DNA of 64,000 nt from an uncultured Elusimicrobia bacterium (GTDB taxonomy: Bacteria; Elusimicrobiota; Elusimicrobia; Elusimicrobiales; UBA9959), in assembly GCA_903889965.1 (NCBI GenBank), contig CAISZM010000084.1, positions 15,503-79,502 of the forward strand. The letters run 5' to 3'. Below, in pieces: positions 60,501 through 64,000 of the stretch (its first letter is position 1; the number at the start of each line of letters is the position of its first letter). The translations under genes and the position numbers were made by a program. The notes under the pieces were generated by a model. The model saw nothing but the letters and a program-made list of their open reading frames with translations, was not told the origin of the DNA and ran no database searches.

Positions 60501-61007
60501 TTTCGAAACGCCGGCGGCCTCCTCAAAAAGTTCGCGGCGCTGCTCGGCCGAAGCGTTCAGGACGGTTTCCACTTCGCCCTGGTCTATGATGGCGTAGCCG
60601 TCAGTGCCTATGCCGGTGTCCAGGAACATCTCGCGTATGTCCTTAAGGCGGCACTGCACCTTGTTTATAAAATACTCGGACTCCTCGGAACGGTAGATCT
60701 TGCGCGTTACGGTGACCTCGCTGAAATCCAGCGGGAGCTTGCGCGACTCGTTATCGAAGGTCATGGCCACTTCGCCCATGTTCAGGCCCTGGCGCTTGGT
60801 GGTGCCGGCGAAGATAACGTCCATCATGGACGGCATACGCAGCGACTTCCAGGACATTTCGCCTATGCACCACTTTATGGAATCTACCACGTTGGATTTT
60901 CCGCAGCCGTTGGGGCCGACTATGCAGGTTATGCCGGGTTTAAGCGGCATCTTCACCTTGTTGGCGAAGGATTTGAAACCGTAGATCTCAAGCGCTTTAA
61001 GATACAT
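57525..61007 (-). CDS. smc: chromosome segregation protein SMC
   Basis: 1160 aa. Walker A GPNGCGKSN, long coiled coils, a hinge, the signature LSGGEKALTALALLF and Walker B CVMDEADAPLD. TAG stop. Confidence 0.95.
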   Translation of the reverse strand: MYLKALEIYGFKSFANKVKMPLKPGITCIVGPNGCGKSNVVDSIKWCIGEMSWKSLRMPSMMDVIFAGTTKRQGLNMGEVAMTFDNESRKLPLDFSEVTVTRKIYRSEESEYFINKVQCRLKDIREMFLDTGIGTDGYAIIDQGEVETVLNASAEQRRELFEEAAGVSKYKAKREEAARKLEKVEADLNRLADSMVLLNEQITKLDNEAKKARLQAKYREELTAAEISLLLKEGTAFSAKSAEAAARLEPVKKELADIAVAITGLEGESAALSLTLAQKSEEHRILKEAFTAVKIEKSHSEGRVVSGMEMLAEIGSQRVSLETSERLNSEKLGRTEPRLAELRARLAADEGGMPALQAEHDSAAAALSGVEAEMRSADAAAENIAREMNAAYSVEVEISNDIARTGSDIGHYRDAKAGLERDIADLKAALSAIEARINDLRSRSASLGAGLAAENEKVSAAEARVKTISARLDEIDSRQSAIREGRAWDQSRLEAILAQGEHDTYWVGINGVLNSGLGGIRGTLRHLLSIKKEERVAVEDALGRFLDSVVCENSASAQAAIDYLKHVGKGRCRFLILDRAPSASPAQEGWTAPGAQRIMDMVSCDQQYLPLMTGLLSGVYSSGGAVHGAFWVTGGVDEVASNEPYWEEEGDLKERIKKLDEETAALESEKAGLLPQLDAARGEVSSSRERAGSLNIEFHKNETEASGAGDDLRVKRDSLALAEAESGKTGTAINDAEAALVALGLRQAAAHAASEAKKAEQSALADKKDALHLDFARRKELLGGAKANLDNYRQNLEALKGELARAEGDISALYEEKSHFAGRREELAARETRLNGEIAAARARLAELMHDLAEKEIIDRQLDDETNELRGNYLRLGANLKDNRDLASENEKFRYQIETEMATLNARAEENARRMADEWNITPEEAAVKYGEVETDPERVKFLRKRIENMGAVNMTAPEEYETLTARYNFINSQVEDLNRAKADLRSAINKINDTTRENFKATFDKVQVYFKEIYSLLFNGGEADLILTTPENLLETGVEIMAHPPGKKLVSISQLSGGEKALTALALLFSFFRVNPSPFCVMDEADAPLDEANVERFVRLIREFSSTTQFIVITHNKRTMEAADTLYGVTMEELGVSKLISVDLKRAARLATQEEAVGV

Positions 61008-61074
61008 TAGAATCCCCTGGATGGTGTATGAAAATAGAGCGCCCGCCGCTCCCGGGCGGGCAAAACATAATTAT

Positions 61075-61110
61075 ATAAATAAAAGGGCCCGGGTGTCTGC
61101 CCGGGCCCTT
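61075..61110 (-). terminator. rho-independent terminator after the 404 aa barrel gene
   Basis: Minus strand AAGGGCCCGGGCAGACACCCGGGCCCTT followed by TTATTTAT. Confidence 0.6.
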
Positions 61111-61128
61111 CAATTACGGCCGTCCGGT

Positions 61129-62343
61129 TCAATAAGACAGCTGGTAGGCTATGCCGAAACTGTTGCCGGTATAGTTGTACGGCAGGTATCTTTCGAACTT
61201 GTTATTGGAGCTGGCGACTATCAGCGCGTAGTAGAGCCGCACCATGGCCACATCGTTTATGCGCTTGCGTATGGAGCCGGTCAGGGTGGACATGGTATTT
61301 TTCTGCTTCGAGGCGGTGAAGTTATTGTCGGTATCGCGGGCCTTGCGGGAGTCGTAATTGCGCTGGGTAAGGTTGAGGGAACCGCCTATGGCCCATTTGC
61401 TGGTTATATTCAGGTCCAGCGGCAGGCTGAGAGTGAGCTCCTTGAAGTCGTAATAGCCGTCGCTGAACTGCGGGTTTGAATCACCGACGAACTTGTAAAC
61501 CAGGAAGTTCTGGTTGGACTTGTGCGCCGAGTAGGAGACCATCGGGTATATCTCGAATATCCAGAGGCTCTGGTGGAAACCGAAGTCCAGCGCCGCGGTG
61601 GTGTCCTTCTGCTTCGTGCCGCCGTACACGCCATCCGATTCCACAACTTTCTGGTTCTTATAACTCTGAAGGGTATAGGTAAACCCTCCGAAGAAATTGT
61701 TCCAGTTGGGCCGCAGGCTCACCTGCGACATGGTCTGGTCCTGCATGCCGCCGGAGGTCTCGGCGGTATTGGTGGAGCGCTGGAATTCGCTGAGCAGGTC
61801 CGTGTAGTTGGGGAACTGCACGTTCTTGAACAGGTACTGGGCCGTGACATAGCCGTTCTTCTCGCTGTTGAAGGTATAATCGGCCGCCAGCTGCAAGCCC
61901 GCGGTGTTCATGTTGTAGAGGCCGTTGTCCCAGGCTTCGTTGGCGCCGGTGCGGCGGTATTCCCGCGAAGCCGAAATGCCGGGGCGTATGCGCAGGTTCT
62001 CAAGGAGCTGCCTGCGGTACTCTATATTGAAGGTGTGCGACATGGAGCGGTCCGTGAACTGCTTCGAGTCCTGCGGCGCGAAACCCTGCCCGGAGTAACC
62101 GAAGTTGTACAGGCCGAAGAACTGGTCCTTATCGGTGGCCTTGGCGAGCAGCCCCACCTGGGTATTGATATTGCCGCCGCTGAAGATATTTCCAGCGCTG
62201 GGCAGGTAGGCCGCCTCGGAGAGGGTCATGTCGAAGAAAGGCGTGAAGATCTTGGAGTCTTCAGGCACGGCCGCGCAAAGGCGCCCGGCCAGGCCGGCCG
62301 TTACAAAAGCGCTTAATATTATTTTTTTCATCATTGTTTTCAT
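61129..62343 (-). CDS. outer-membrane beta-barrel protein of unknown family (paralog of 25665..26984)
   Basis: Signal peptide MKKIILSAFVTAGLAGRLCA and C-terminal ...FGIAYQLSY. Blocks conserved with the 439 aa barrel: EAWDNGLYNM/EKWGEGLYDL, SYKNQKVVESDGVY/GYQDQKVINSEGRY, SSNNKFERYLPYNY/SRSNNRYERTYRYNY. Confidence 0.65.
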   Translation of the reverse strand: MKTMMKKIILSAFVTAGLAGRLCAAVPEDSKIFTPFFDMTLSEAAYLPSAGNIFSGGNINTQVGLLAKATDKDQFFGLYNFGYSGQGFAPQDSKQFTDRSMSHTFNIEYRRQLLENLRIRPGISASREYRRTGANEAWDNGLYNMNTAGLQLAADYTFNSEKNGYVTAQYLFKNVQFPNYTDLLSEFQRSTNTAETSGGMQDQTMSQVSLRPNWNNFFGGFTYTLQSYKNQKVVESDGVYGGTKQKDTTAALDFGFHQSLWIFEIYPMVSYSAHKSNQNFLVYKFVGDSNPQFSDGYYDFKELTLSLPLDLNITSKWAIGGSLNLTQRNYDSRKARDTDNNFTASKQKNTMSTLTGSIRKRINDVAMVRLYYALIVASSNNKFERYLPYNYTGNSFGIAYQLSY

Positions 62344-62381
62344 CCTTAAAAATCGTTTAACGTTCGCGGTTAAGGCTCGCT

Positions 62382-63161
62382 TTAGAAGTTAACGTGGAAG
62401 TTCCACACGGGGTGGATGACCAGCACGCCTTCCGGGTATATGTTCAGTCCCAGCTCGAAGTACTTTCCGTACCAGCTGACCTTGCTAGCGAATATCTGCG
62501 TTTTCAGGCCGTAATTGAGCTGTATGCTCCACAGCTTGCTTATGCTCTTGGGCGTTTCGATGCCGGCTATGATGAAGTCGTCCTTGAAGCCGGTGTCGAA
62601 GCTGTTGATGTCCACCCCGAATAACTGCGGCAGCTTCCCTTCCGAATCCGGCAGGAAGGTGGCCCTGGCCTTAAGCTGGCTGTGCTTGAAACCCCAGAAA
62701 GTGCGCACGCGCGGACTTACAGAAGAGCTCATTATGGCGCCCATGTAATAACCGTCGAACTTGGCGTCCTTTATGGTCTTGGAATTGTTAGTGGCCATTT
62801 GAACCACCGGGCAATCCCAGTAACCGCCTATCAGGTCTATCTGGGGCACGCCGGGAGCGATACGGCCTTCGGCGTGCAGGCGGTACTTGCCCGACAAGCT
62901 GGGCATGGCCGCTATGGTGGGCAGTATGCCGCCCCAGAGCCCGGTCTGTACGCCGAAACTCTTGCCGGGAGGCAGCGGCGTGGTGGCCTCGAAGTCCTGC
63001 TGGAAGTCATAGAAGAAACCGGCCGGGTTAGCCAGTATCTCGCCGGCGATTTCTTCGCCCTTGGACTGCCAGTCGATAGAGGCGAAAGCGGCGCCGTTGA
63101 GGCAAAGCAGCGCCGCCAGAGTGAGCATTGTCCTTTTCATCGGTTTAAATCCTTTTTTCAT
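62382..63161 (-). CDS. exported hypothetical protein (probable small barrel or periplasmic partner)
   Basis: 259 aa with a signal peptide (TMLTLAALLCLNGAAFA) and C-terminal ...VWNFHVNF. No recognised family. The start could instead be ATG 63140. Confidence 0.5.
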   Translation of the reverse strand: MKKGFKPMKRTMLTLAALLCLNGAAFASIDWQSKGEEIAGEILANPAGFFYDFQQDFEATTPLPPGKSFGVQTGLWGGILPTIAAMPSLSGKYRLHAEGRIAPGVPQIDLIGGYWDCPVVQMATNNSKTIKDAKFDGYYMGAIMSSSVSPRVRTFWGFKHSQLKARATFLPDSEGKLPQLFGVDINSFDTGFKDDFIIAGIETPKSISKLWSIQLNYGLKTQIFASKVSWYGKYFELGLNIYPEGVLVIHPVWNFHVNF

Positions 63162-63176
63162 TGAATTATCCGGGCC

Positions 63177-64000
63177 TTACTTGTTCATCTCGGTAATGGC
63201 CGGCAATATGCGCTGCACAGCCGCCACCAGGAGGTCGGGTATGAAGACCAGGTCCACATTGTAGCCCCCGTCGCTGCTGAACTTATCTGACGCGGCTACC
63301 TGCCCGTACGGAGTGGTCCCGCTGGCGTCGTAGTTCTTGACGTAAAGCACCGACTCGGCGGCCGTATTCTTCAGAAGCGTGAAAGGATCGGTACCCGAAT
63401 TGGTCAGGTCATTAACATCCTTTATGTCGCCGCCATTGCCTATAACATAGTTTTCAGAGGCCAGCCAGACCTTATTGATGTCCAAGGTATCGCCGCCTAT
63501 GCCGTAAAGTTTTGCTTGATACTGGAAAAGCTTGTCCCCGCGGTCGGCGATGTAATTGGGGTCGGATTCATTGTTGGAATCGTAGGAAGAATTCAGACTT
63601 TGTGCCCAAAGCACCTGTCCGCTGTCGCCGCCGATGGTCTTGTCGTAAGTCTTAAGGTCCGCCTCATCATTGTATTTGAGCGAACCTAAAGACACGGATG
63701 AGTTATCCGCTATCCCCAGGTGGGCGATCTTATTGAGCCCCTCGACAGCGGTTATTATATTTTCAGGATCCGAAGTATCATCCGTTATAACGCCGCTTAT
63801 CATGACATCCCCGGGTCCGGAAGCGCCGACGAGGCTCCCATCGCTCACGAGTTTATCGGTGGTCCCGCCGACATACTTGGAGCCCTGCGCCACGAAGAAT
63901 ATGCCGTTATTATCCGAAAGCCTGTTAGCCCGTATGAAAGTTGCATATTCCGGCTTTATCGTATTGTCTTTGAAGAAAGCCGGCCACTCCTCGATGCGCT
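63177..64000 (-). CDS. C-terminal part of a larger secreted hypothetical protein; the ORF is open to the right edge of the window
   Basis: Own translation shows the frame stays open from 63893 to 64000 (...RIEEWPAFFKDNTIKPEYATFIRANRLSDNNGIFFVAQGSKY...). The listed GTG at 63893 is therefore unlikely to be the true start. Asp/Asn/Gly/Ser-rich. Confidence 0.55.
   Translation of the reverse strand, partial: RIEEWPAFFKDNTIKPEYATFIRANRLSDNNGIFFVAQGSKYVGGTTDKLVSDGSLVGASGPGDVMISGVITDDTSDPENIITAVEGLNKIAHLGIADNSSVSLGSLKYNDEADLKTYDKTIGGDSGQVLWAQSLNSSYDSNNESDPNYIADRGDKLFQYQAKLYGIGGDTLDINKVWLASENYVIGNGGDIKDVNDLTNSGTDPFTLLKNTAAESVLYVKNYDASGTTPYGQVAASDKFSSDGGYNVDLVFIPDLLVAAVQRILPAITEMNK

Overview
GC-rich chromosomal segment from a diderm (Gram-negative-type) bacterium; Tol-Pal, LptD, Lgt and PorV-like genes support this. 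I cannot assign a phylum from this window. Coding density is very high, with many 1-4 nt stop/start overlaps (ATGA/GTGA). I support about 57 protein-coding genes and one tRNA-Leu(UAA). There are no rRNA genes, CRISPR arrays, prophage or recognisable defence system. Most genes are housekeeping: pssA-psd, pgm, eno, ftsB, lgt, rluD, a GH57 branching enzyme, tdh-kbl, purH, ligA, nusB, hemW, valS, menaquinone prenyl genes, pal-cpoB-tolB, tdk, lptD, glucokinase, folC, murA, prmC-prfA, rpmE, rho, coaE, polA, trxA and smc. The non-housekeeping content is two outer-membrane loci. The first (24.1-32.8 kb) is an operon encoding a giant CTD-tagged surface protein, a PorV-like barrel, an uncharacterised barrel and a FecR-domain protein. 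The second (61.1-64.0 kb) carries a clear paralog of that uncharacterised barrel. Other points worth a second look: +1 frameshifts in prfA (at the GGQ motif) and in the giant surface gene; low-complexity extensions on Rho, L31 and CpoB; tandem and direct repeats in the murA and trxA upstream regions; a truncated IS5-type transposase; and unexpectedly heavy use of the ATA isoleucine codon. The many long ORFs antisense to real genes are treated as GC-driven shadow ORFs.
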